NCBI GenBank assembly: GCA_965219575.1
Contig: OZ244779.1
Coordinates: 1,804,769 to 1,868,768, forward strand
Direction of reading: 5' to 3'
Origin: Candidatus Oxydemutatoraceae bacterium
GTDB taxonomy: Bacteria; Pseudomonadota; Gammaproteobacteria; Poriferisulfidales; Oxydemutatoraceae
Length of the DNA stretch: 64,000 nucleotides
Position numbers and translations under genes: made by a program. Positions 12,320 to 20,984 of this stretch are shown here, in pieces (position 1 is the first letter of the stretch; every line of letters starts with the position of its first letter). The notes beneath the pieces are model-generated. The model saw only the letters and a list, made by a program, of their open reading frames with translations, ran no database searches and was not told the DNA's origin.

Positions 12320-13224
12320 AAGGTATCACTATCAACGGCGTAGAAATAGAGAATACCTACGCCGAGGCTTTCGGCATGAGAGCGACCCGCATCATTATCA
12401 CTGCGATCAACTACAAATGGGCGCATTATGCGGCAAGCACGACGGTCGGTTTTGCAACTTCGGTGATAGGTTGCAATGTAGAAGCCGGTATAGAACGCCG
12501 CTATAAATCCTCCGAGACACCCGACAGCAGACCGGGCTATTCGGTTTTGCTGTTTGCGACTTCCACCGAAAGTCTAAGCGATCAACTGACGCGACGAGTC
12601 GCTCAATGCGTGCTGACCTGCCCTACCAGTGCGGTATTCTCCGGCATGGCCGGCGAGCGCAGAATTGCACTCGGACGTTATGTTCGTTATTTCGGAGACG
12701 GTTATCAGTCTTCCAAAGTGATAGGGGGAACACGCTATTGGCGGGTGCCGGTGATGGACGGCGAGTTTATCTGCGAGGACGATACCGGCGTGGCATCGGG
12801 AATCGGCGGCGGTAATTTTTTGATCTTTGCTCGCTCGTCGTCGCAAGCCCTACAGGCATGCGAAGCCGCAATCGATAGCATCTCGGACTTGCCGAATCTT
12901 GTTCTGCCGTTTCCCGGCGGCGGTGTGCGCTCGGGATCCAAGGTCGGCTCTCGCTATAAGTTCCTCGGCGCATCTACAAACGAACAGTATTGTCCTACCT
13001 TAAAAGGCATTGTTGATAGCAAACTGCGCGCCAATACCGGGGCGGTGATGGAAATCGTGATAGACGGGCTCAATGTGCAAGACATCATAGATGCGATGCG
13101 AGTCGGCATTACCGCAGTCTGCGAGTTGGGATTATCCGAGGGAATAACGACAATCTCGGCGGGCAATTACGGTGGAAATCTAGGAAAATATCAATTTCAT
13201 TTGTGGGAGATTATAGGCGCATGA
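12304..13224 (+). CDS. fhcD: Formylmethanofuran:tetrahydromethanopterin formyltransferase
   Basis: TYAEAF, GFATSVIGC, QCVLTCP, GGVRSGSKVGS, SAGNYGGNLG. Confidence 0.93.
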   Translation: MSNPIEGITINGVEIENTYAEAFGMRATRIIITAINYKWAHYAASTTVGFATSVIGCNVEAGIERRYKSSETPDSRPGYSVLLFATSTESLSDQLTRRVAQCVLTCPTSAVFSGMAGERRIALGRYVRYFGDGYQSSKVIGGTRYWRVPVMDGEFICEDDTGVASGIGGGNFLIFARSSSQALQACEAAIDSISDLPNLVLPFPGGGVRSGSKVGSRYKFLGASTNEQYCPTLKGIVDSKLRANTGAVMEIVIDGLNVQDIIDAMRVGITAVCELGLSEGITTISAGNYGGNLGKYQFHLWEIIGA

Positions 13225-14036
13225 GACTCACATTAACATCTTCTCCGACAATGCGCATCAATGCCGAGACGCTCACACCCGATTATTGCAATAGCCTCTC
13301 CGCCGAGCAACTGGCGAAGCAAACACTACCGAGTTCGGAAGGCGATATTGCAGTAGGCGACTTATTCAACATAGAAGAGGACTCAAGCAGAAGTTTATTG
13401 ATTAGCGGTGACTGCACCCAGTTCGATTATGTGGGTGCAAAAATGAAAGCAAACCAGATCAAAGTGGAAGGTTCGGTAGGCGATTATGCGGCAGCCGCTT
13501 TGGACGGCGGACAGTTGGAAATTACCGGTGATGTCGGTCACTATACCGCATGTGGCATGTCCGGCGGCACCGTCATCGTCGAGGGCAATGCCGGCGATGC
13601 AACCGGCGGTGCTTCTATAGGTGCGGTGCAGGGAATGTCCGGTGGCACCGTACTAATCATGGGTGATGCCGGTGATCGTACCGCCAATTTGATGCGTCGC
13701 GGTCTGATCGTCGTGCGCGGCAACAACGGAGACTACGGTGCGACACACATGAAAGCCGGCAACCTCGTCGTGCTCAAACAAAACGGCAGTCGCTGTGCTT
13801 ACGGTATGCATCGCGGCACCGTGCTACTCGGCGATGCGAGTTCCGCCGAGAAGCTCGGCGATACCTTCATCGGTCAACCCTCTAATTACAATATGGATTT
13901 TTTGATACTACTTTACAAGCATATCGGTCAACTGGTGCCGGCGTTTCAAAACCTCCCCCGCAAGAAGTTAATCCGAAGATACATCGGCGATTTCGCCGTC
14001 GGTGGTAAGGGTGAGGTGTTGGTGCCTTATGCTTAG
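13221..14036 (+). CDS. fhcC: Formyltransferase/hydrolase complex subunit C (FwdC-like, GXGXG beta-helix)
   Basis: Gly-rich repeats GMSGGTV; C-terminal GDFAVGGKGE; ATG overlaps the fhcD stop. Confidence 0.9.
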   Translation: MRLTLTSSPTMRINAETLTPDYCNSLSAEQLAKQTLPSSEGDIAVGDLFNIEEDSSRSLLISGDCTQFDYVGAKMKANQIKVEGSVGDYAAAALDGGQLEITGDVGHYTACGMSGGTVIVEGNAGDATGGASIGAVQGMSGGTVLIMGDAGDRTANLMRRGLIVVRGNNGDYGATHMKAGNLVVLKQNGSRCAYGMHRGTVLLGDASSAEKLGDTFIGQPSNYNMDFLILLYKHIGQLVPAFQNLPRKKLIRRYIGDFAVGGKGEVLVPYA

Positions 14037-14059
14037 TAGAACGGCTGTGCAGACATGCC

Positions 14060-14360
14060 GGGGCTGTTGAAAAATACCGTTTGGCACGGATAATGTTTTT
14101 ATACGCAGTTTATACACAAAATTTAAGTTTACCTACCGTAGGGGCAGACTAACATGTCTGCCCGTAACGAATTGCTCCTGCATGATTTATACATTTATTC
14201 ATCCAATTTATGGAAACCAAAACCAAATGGCGCAAGCGGTTGAGGCTGTGCAGAACGGCAATTTAGGGCGGACATACAAGTCCGCCCTACAGTTGGTTTG
14301 CGTAATTAGATGGCGCAAGCGGTTGCAGTTGTGCAAAAACAGTACTTTTTCAACAGTCCC
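14060..14360. mobile_element. MITE-like REP cassette
   Basis: ggggctgttgaaaaa ... ttttcaacagtccc; internal GTAGGGGCAGAC..GTCTGCCC. Confidence 0.72.
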
Positions 14361-14395
14361 ACGCTACAACTACCTCGTCGGGGGAATGGTTCGTG

Positions 14396-15091
14396 TTACT
14401 CTTTCTCACTCTTGAGTTCCATCACGACATCTACCAGCACCGCAATAATCAAATTTAAGATAGTAACAGAACCGATTGCAATAAAGCTATAAAGGTATAT
14501 CCACGCCCACCAGTGCACCGCTTGCAACGGCAGAAATACCTGTTCCCAACTCGATAGTGTGAGTACTTGGGTTAGTGTGAATAAAGCGGTTGCAATATCC
14601 TTCCAGCGTTCCGGGTCGGTGAACTCGAACAGCAACGAACCCGCCGCTGCGTAGATATACATAATGATGAACAGCAACAGACTCGTATAAAGTATACGCG
14701 GCAAAGATTTGAGCAAACATTCAATGAGTACTTTTAATTCCGGCATCACCGAGATAATACGCAGTACTCTAAAGATACGCAGTAAGCGTGCGATTAATAC
14801 CGAAGGACCCGGGCCTATGGGAACCAAAGAAACCGCAACGACAACCGTATCGAATACATTCCAGCCGTCTCGGAAAAAAGTTTTTTTATGCGGTTCACCG
14901 ACAAAACGGATTATGATTTCAATCAAAAAGAAAATTGTCACGCTTTGGCTCAATGCCGAAATAATAACTTTGTATCTATCCTCCAGATTAAAAGTGTCGG
15001 CACCGATCAACAAAGCCGAGGCAATGATTAGTGCCACGACGATTATTTGAAAAGTTTTGCTCTCTCGGATGCTGTTAAATAAAACGACCAT
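14396..15091 (-). CDS. Bacterial voltage-gated Na channel-like ion transport protein (BacNav)
   Basis: Six TM segments, FFRDGWNVFD, S4 RLLRIFRVLR, selectivity filter TLSSWE. Confidence 0.88.
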   Translation of the reverse strand: MVVLFNSIRESKTFQIIVVALIIASALLIGADTFNLEDRYKVIISALSQSVTIFFLIEIIIRFVGEPHKKTFFRDGWNVFDTVVVAVSLVPIGPGPSVLIARLLRIFRVLRIISVMPELKVLIECLLKSLPRILYTSLLLFIIMYIYAAAGSLLFEFTDPERWKDIATALFTLTQVLTLSSWEQVFLPLQAVHWWAWIYLYSFIAIGSVTILNLIIAVLVDVVMELKSEKE

Positions 15092-15165
15092 TTTTTCTGT
15101 TTAAGGTGATTAGCGGTATAATATCGCAAATTAGTTAAATTTCAAATATAACAACGGAGGAAATT

Positions 15166-15438
15166 ATGCCCAAATACATTATAGAAAGAGATATCCCCGG
15201 TGCGGGTAATTTATCGGCAGATGAACTACAGGGCATCTCACAGAAATCATGCGGTATTCTAAAAAGCATGGGACCACAAATTCAGTGGGTTGAAAGCCAA
15301 GTAACCGCCGACAAAGTCTATTGCACCTATATCGCACCCGATATAGAAAGCATCAAGAAGCACGCCGAAGAGGGTGGCTTTCCTGCAAATAAAATTTCCG
15401 AGATCAAAACAACCATAGATCCGACTACTGCGGAATAG
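15166..15438 (+). CDS. DUF4242-family small protein
   Basis: MPKYIIER...YCTYIAP...HAEEGGFPANKISE; RBS GGAGG. Confidence 0.8.
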   Translation: MPKYIIERDIPGAGNLSADELQGISQKSCGILKSMGPQIQWVESQVTADKVYCTYIAPDIESIKKHAEEGGFPANKISEIKTTIDPTTAE

Positions 15439-15453
15439 CCGGCGATTTCGCCT

Positions 15454-15729
15454 TCATCTAAAAATACAACCGCTATTCGTAACGGTGACAGTAAAACCTT
15501 CCATGTCGCGCATCACATCCGCGACTTGGAAGGTTTCTATTTGGCTTGCTGATTGCTCGTCGTCTAATCCTTCAAAAGCCTCATCAAGTACCAACAAATT
15601 GAATTGTCCCTCCTCGCACGATACTTTATAACCCCAACCGTGCTCCTCGGGTACTTCGGTAGTGTATATTTCGGCACCTACAAAGTGCCGCTCTAAATAC
15701 GCTTTCACTATTTCTGTTTGCTTAGTCAT
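15454..15729 (-). CDS. Hypothetical acidic protein
   Basis: 91-aa ORF with plausible composition, convergent with the DUF4242 gene. Confidence 0.55.
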   Translation of the reverse strand: MTKQTEIVKAYLERHFVGAEIYTTEVPEEHGWGYKVSCEEGQFNLLVLDEAFEGLDDEQSASQIETFQVADVMRDMEGFTVTVTNSGCIFR

Positions 15730-15930
15730 TTTATTGCCCCGACTTGTCTGCCGATTGCAGAATGTTAAATCTGCCGCTACAGATACCTAGTATACACACC
15801 CGCTATAACCATTCGTCGGATATTTGCTACCGCTCATTGAATTTAGTAAAGCCACATATTTCGAAAAAGGATACCCTGTGACTGATTTGCTATAAGGCAT
15901 CAATTTACATATAATTCAGAGGAGAAGACA

Positions 15931-16158
15931 ATGAACACAGTAATATCGTTATTAGAAAAAATCCCCGGTGCCTCTAATGAGGAAGTTTTAGAGGTTGCTA
16001 CCAAATTGCGCAGAACCGATGATTTGGTAGCTCATAAAGATTTAGAAACGATCATAGCGAAACTAGAAGCACGACTGATCAAGCAGATGTATGCTGTGGG
16101 CGGAGTAACCGTTGCAATAACGCTCACAGGTGTCGGATTGATGATCCAGTTTTTATGA
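15931..16158 (+). CDS. Small coiled-coil protein with C-terminal TM anchor (DUF1640/CCDC90-like)
   Basis: RBS GAGGAG; LVAHKDL neck-like motif, coiled coil, hydrophobic C-terminus. Confidence 0.65.
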   Translation: MNTVISLLEKIPGASNEEVLEVATKLRRTDDLVAHKDLETIIAKLEARLIKQMYAVGGVTVAITLTGVGLMIQFL

Positions 16159-16176
16159 TGAAGCAATACCATAGAA

Positions 16177-16284
16177 CCGCCGATTGAGCCAGTAGGTCAA
16201 TCGGCAATACAAAGCCGCCGATTGAGCCAGTAGGTCAATCGGCAATACAAAGCCGCCGATTGAGCCAGTAGGTCAATCGGCAAT
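16177..16284. repeat. 38-bp tandem repeat (about 3 copies) of the GCCGATTGAGCCAGTAGGTCAATCGGC hairpin
   Basis: Units start at 16177, 16215 and 16253 with identical linkers AATACAAAG. Confidence 0.9.
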
Positions 16285-16342
16285 TATGATGTGCGCCCGA
16301 TAGGTTGATCGGCGTTACATTGTTCAGGACTACGATAATAAT

Positions 16343-16657
16343 TTAACCCATGCGTAACAACGCGATGATGACACCGGTAAAACCGGCACCTATAACACAT
16401 ATAGCCACAATGCTTTCTACATATAGCCACGATAATCTTCTCTCAACTATACCGATATGCTTTTCAACTATACCTATACGCCTCTCAACGGCATCAAAAC
16501 GAGCGTCTATTTTATCAAGGACTTCTTGCATTGACATCGATACTTGTCGGTCAATCGCACGCGCCGTTATCTCCGCTTGCGTTCTCGACATTCCTGCTTG
16601 TTCCAATTCGTGCATCGTGTTAAAAGTCTCCGTGCTTCGGTTGATCGTTGTATTCAT
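16343..16657 (-). CDS. Small coiled-coil protein with C-terminal TM anchor (DUF1640/CCDC90-like)
   Basis: LEQAGMSRTQAE head; heptad repeats AVERRIG/IVEKHIG/IVERRLS; TM tail; paralogue of 48814-49074. Confidence 0.72.
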   Translation of the reverse strand: MNTTINRSTETFNTMHELEQAGMSRTQAEITARAIDRQVSMSMQEVLDKIDARFDAVERRIGIVEKHIGIVERRLSWLYVESIVAICVIGAGFTGVIIALLRMG

Positions 16658-16962
16658 TTTTACTCCTTTGAATTATATGTTAATCAATGCCCTAGAGCAA
16701 ACTAAGGGATAGCCTATCTCACCCTGTAGCACGATTTTCCTAATTTTGATGAACAGCCCTAAATACCCGACGAACGGTTTTATATAAAGGGAATGTAGGA
16801 CATAGGGGTTACTTTACGGTTTTAACAACCTAAAAGTAGCTTTCGTCGGAAATTTGCTACCGTTCACCGGAAATATAACAAAGTACTTCTTTTATAGGTC
16901 AAAATCGGACTAATCTTTGTTATTCAAGTTTATAAGTCAAACGATTAGGAGGAATTATTAAC

Positions 16963-19068
16963 ATGATGGAAACTTTCAGATCTAAAACAGATACTATCAT
17001 CGAGGTACCGCAAGATTGGGTTGCTTTGTATGTAAAAGAGAATCCCGAAGCTATGGAGATATTAAACACGCATAAAATCTATAACGATGTTTCATATCTC
17101 AATGCCGAGCGTGGATTAGATCCGATTACTCGACAAAAACTGAGCATATTTAGGATACGCCATTTAGCCGATAAAAACCGCAGAAACCCGTGTGCGATTG
17201 CCCGCGCCGCATCGCCGTGGTGGGCGAAACAAAGACTGACCAGCACAAATACCACGCTTAGAATCTATAAAGTTTTGCAAACAAAGAATATACAAACAGT
17301 TGAAGATCTAGCCGCTTGGACAACCGAAAAATTGCACGAGCAAACACCTTTCGGCTACAAAACTTTATACAACCTCTGCATTTTCTTAAATAAAATCATC
17401 GGCGATAATCCGATAGCCGACAAAAAACAAACTCGGGATGGTGATATTGACGACGCGCTTATACGCGACGCAATAGCCGAACCGGACAAACTCAAACAGC
17501 TGATGAAAATACTGCACTACACAGATAACTGCAAAGATCCGTGTAAGTTGGCGCGTTTGGCTCTACCGTGGTTGGGCAAATGGAAGCTGATAGACACAAA
17601 CTTTCCCAAAGCACCTATAGAAGTTATGAGGAGAGACGGTATCGAAACAATCTCGGATCTTGCAACATGCTCCCCGGAAAGATTACTCGGCAAGAGAATG
17701 TTCGGGCGTAAGTCTCTGCACATTATTCTAAATTGCTTAAATACCGCACTGCTCGGAAAGCTAATATCCGATATAGATTATCCGGCAAATGTCGATTTGA
17801 TACCGAACTCGAAGGTCTCTATACACCTTAGGCTCGGCTTCATTGAAAATCTAAGATGTTTTTTGTCTTCGCTCTATCCCGTTGATCTCTATATTTTTAC
17901 GCGTCGGACGGCATTTGAAGCTACATTTCAAACTATACAAAAAATTTCGGATACCTGCGGCAAGTCGATCGTATATGTCACTTTAAGCCAAGCTGCGATG
18001 ATAAAGAATTTTAGGAATTCTCTCTTAGGGCATATCTTCAGGCAAAAAATCATACGGCTATCGGAGGAGGCCGATTTTCCATTGTCTTTAGATCAAATAG
18101 AAACTATGGATCTATGGTTCAGCGGCATCCACTCGCATCGAACATTTTTCGGAAATCTAATCGGCGCAGTGAATGAGCGCGGTATACGCGTCGTTAAAAT
18201 CGGCAACAAATATTATCTCGGTTCGATTGAGCAGTTGGTTTGGAAGCGTACCGTAGAGGCGGCGAAAGCATTATTATCTTCGTCCGTAGACAAAGGGTGG
18301 AGTGAGACCGAAGCCTTTTTACGGGTGCAAAGATTGTTGCCCGACGGTGCCAAGCAATTCAAAAATCTATTGTGGGATTATGCCTCCGATTTATGCTACT
18401 TTAAAATTAATCCCGACGGTACGCGCACATTGATAGACTACGGGAAAGGACTGCACAAAACTATCAAAGTAATCCTTTCCGAATCCGATTCGCCGATGCA
18501 CTACGATGAAATCATCAAGGCGATAAAACTTAAGCTGGGGCTAAATCTGACTATGCTACAAGTATGTCCGGCGGCAAATAGTGTCGGTCTTGCCTTTAGA
18601 AAGGGGCTGTACGGTCTTGACAAACATATACCTTTCTCCGACAAACAGATTGCTCGTATCTGTCGTGCAGCCGAATCTATCGTCTACGCCGATAGGGCAA
18701 AAAAGCAGTGGCATTGTTTTGAAATACTCTCTAAATTGCCGGAACAAGCCGATGAGACCTTCGACAAGTTAGATATCCGTTTGCTAAACATCGTGCTTTC
18801 TAAATCCCGGAGATTGAGCTATCTTAACAGAATGGTCTGGACAACGACCGAAGGTTACAACAAAGGAGAAAAACGTCTGAACAAAACTCAAGCAATCATC
18901 GCTATGATCAAAAATGCCGGACATCCGTTGACGGGAAGCGAAATCAAAGCGCGATTACAAAAAGTAACCGGTGTCAATAAAATTTTGCATATACCGAAGC
19001 ATCCGTCTTTAATTCGCATCGCACCCGGTGTTTGGGATGTTAAGGACAAGGATGTACCGAATAGTTAG
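16963..19068 (+). CDS. Multi-domain putative DNA-binding protein: two RNAP alpha-CTD-like HhH domains, a degenerate sigma70 r4-like segment and C-terminal wHTH-like domains
   Basis: RIYKVLQTKNIQTVEDL...FGYKT and EVMRRDGIETISDL...FGRKS resemble alpha-CTD; ILSESDSPMHYDEI and IKNAGHPLTGSEI resemble wHTH. Confidence 0.6.
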   Translation: MMETFRSKTDTIIEVPQDWVALYVKENPEAMEILNTHKIYNDVSYLNAERGLDPITRQKLSIFRIRHLADKNRRNPCAIARAASPWWAKQRLTSTNTTLRIYKVLQTKNIQTVEDLAAWTTEKLHEQTPFGYKTLYNLCIFLNKIIGDNPIADKKQTRDGDIDDALIRDAIAEPDKLKQLMKILHYTDNCKDPCKLARLALPWLGKWKLIDTNFPKAPIEVMRRDGIETISDLATCSPERLLGKRMFGRKSLHIILNCLNTALLGKLISDIDYPANVDLIPNSKVSIHLRLGFIENLRCFLSSLYPVDLYIFTRRTAFEATFQTIQKISDTCGKSIVYVTLSQAAMIKNFRNSLLGHIFRQKIIRLSEEADFPLSLDQIETMDLWFSGIHSHRTFFGNLIGAVNERGIRVVKIGNKYYLGSIEQLVWKRTVEAAKALLSSSVDKGWSETEAFLRVQRLLPDGAKQFKNLLWDYASDLCYFKINPDGTRTLIDYGKGLHKTIKVILSESDSPMHYDEIIKAIKLKLGLNLTMLQVCPAANSVGLAFRKGLYGLDKHIPFSDKQIARICRAAESIVYADRAKKQWHCFEILSKLPEQADETFDKLDIRLLNIVLSKSRRLSYLNRMVWTTTEGYNKGEKRLNKTQAIIAMIKNAGHPLTGSEIKARLQKVTGVNKILHIPKHPSLIRIAPGVWDVKDKDVPNS

Positions 19069-19178
19069 CTTTTCCTCGGTAGCGTATTCATATTTTGATT
19101 ACCGCCGTATCGCGGGATTGTGGTTTCCATCGATTAAAGCGATTCTATTTTGCTCGCACAAGGTATAATTTACCTACG

Positions 19179-20984
19179 ATGTGTGGTATTGCCGGTGAAT
19201 TTTGTTTCGGGGGGCGGGCGACGAGTGCCGAAAATCTGCAACGGATGCTGGAACACATTGATTTTCGCGGTCCCGATAGTCGGCAGACTTGGTTGGACGG
19301 GCAGATAGGTTTTGCGCATGCACGGCTCGCAATCATAGATTTATCGGCTACCGGATCCCAACCTATGGTGGATCGTGATTTGGATTTAGTGCTGGTGTTC
19401 AACGGGGTCATCTATAACTATCGCACGCTACGCGCTCGCCTGGAATCCTACGGCTACCGCTTCTTCGGCACCAGCGACAGCGAGGTTATCCTAAAAGCCT
19501 ATCATCGTTGGCGGGAAGCCTGTGTTGAAAAACTCGACGGTATCTTTGCATTCGCAATTTGGGATCGCCGGTGCGAGTCTCTTTTCCTTGCTCGCGATCG
19601 TCTGGGAATCAAACCGCTTTATTATGCACGCACCGCAAATTGTTTTCGTTTTGCCTCGAACCCGCAGGCGTTGCTGGCAACCGACGAGATTAATACCGAG
19701 ATCGATGCGGTTGCATTACATCGTCATCTGAGTTTACATGCGGTCATCCCCGCGCCTCGTACCTTATTACGCGGCATACGCAAGCTCGAACCTGCACACA
19801 CGATGTCGGTTGATTATAACGGTACTTTTGCCAAGCATCGTTATTGGTCCTTATCCGAGCAGGCACAATGTTTAGACATGCAAGAAGACGAATGGATAGA
19901 ATTAATCGAATACGAATTGTCGAAGGCTGTTAAAAAACGTTTTGAAATAGCCGATGTAGAGGTCGGTGTCTTATTGTCGGGTGGATTGGACTCCAGTCTA
20001 TTGGTGGCACTGCTCGCCAAGCTCAATGTCGCAAACATCAAGACTTATACGATCGGCTTCGAAAGCAAAGGCAAAGAGATCGGCGACGAGTTCGCCTACT
20101 CCGATGCAGTCGTAGAACACTTCAATACGGATCATCATCGCTTTAGCGTATCCGACACACAATTATACGAGCGGCTGCCCGAGGCGATTGCAAAGATGGC
20201 CGAACCTATGCCGGCGCAAGACTGTATCGCTTTTTATCTGCTTGCCGAGCAAGTCGGCGCAGACATTAAAGTTGTGCAGAGCGGACAAGGTGCCGACGAA
20301 GTGTTCGGCGGTTATTTTTGGTATCCCGAAATGCACCGTGCATCGGGTACGCCGTTGCAACGATTTAGTCGACATTATTTCGATCGTAGCCACGACGAAT
20401 ACTCGGCAACCGTCGCACCATCTTTGCATATAACCGACAGCACTTCGCCTTTGGTCGCAGATCGTCTCGGACAAATCAAACTATCCGATTATATAAACAC
20501 CGTTTTATGCTTCGATGTAGAAACTTTGATCGTCGACGACCCGGTCAAGCGCGTGGACAATATGATGATGGCGTGGGGTGTAGAGGCAAGAGTGCCGTTT
20601 CTGGATCGTCATCTGGTAGAAACTGTCTGCGCGATGCCGCCCGAACTTAAACTCGGCGACGGCGGCAAATATAGCCTCAAAAAAATCGCTCGCCGCTATC
20701 TGCCAACCGAGGTGATAGACCGCAAAAAGGGCTATTTTCCCGTTCCTGCTCTAAAATATGTGCAGGGAATGTTTTATGAAATGATGTGCGATGCCCTAAA
20801 CTCGAATGCTTGCCGCGAACGCGAACTATTTCAACGCAGCTACATAACACACTTGCTAAACTCGGAGAAAGATCAGCTGACACCGATACAAGGTAACAAA
20901 CTCTGGCATTGTGCATTGCTCGAAATGTGGCTACAAACGCATGTAGACCGACACGGCACCGTACCGACACAGGTAATGAGATAA
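19179..20984 (+). CDS. asnB: Asparagine synthase-family glutamine amidotransferase (N-acetylglutaminylglutamine amidotransferase-like)
   Basis: MCGIAG N-terminus, RGPD, FNGVIYNY, LLSGGLDSS, SGQGADE, EARVPFLD. Confidence 0.88.
   Translation: MCGIAGEFCFGGRATSAENLQRMLEHIDFRGPDSRQTWLDGQIGFAHARLAIIDLSATGSQPMVDRDLDLVLVFNGVIYNYRTLRARLESYGYRFFGTSDSEVILKAYHRWREACVEKLDGIFAFAIWDRRCESLFLARDRLGIKPLYYARTANCFRFASNPQALLATDEINTEIDAVALHRHLSLHAVIPAPRTLLRGIRKLEPAHTMSVDYNGTFAKHRYWSLSEQAQCLDMQEDEWIELIEYELSKAVKKRFEIADVEVGVLLSGGLDSSLLVALLAKLNVANIKTYTIGFESKGKEIGDEFAYSDAVVEHFNTDHHRFSVSDTQLYERLPEAIAKMAEPMPAQDCIAFYLLAEQVGADIKVVQSGQGADEVFGGYFWYPEMHRASGTPLQRFSRHYFDRSHDEYSATVAPSLHITDSTSPLVADRLGQIKLSDYINTVLCFDVETLIVDDPVKRVDNMMMAWGVEARVPFLDRHLVETVCAMPPELKLGDGGKYSLKKIARRYLPTEVIDRKKGYFPVPALKYVQGMFYEMMCDALNSNACRERELFQRSYITHLLNSEKDQLTPIQGNKLWHCALLEMWLQTHVDRHGTVPTQVMR

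Noticed and set aside
16177-16284. Possible CRISPR array
   Set aside because: Linkers are identical and short, the unit is dispersed singly elsewhere, and no cas genes are present.
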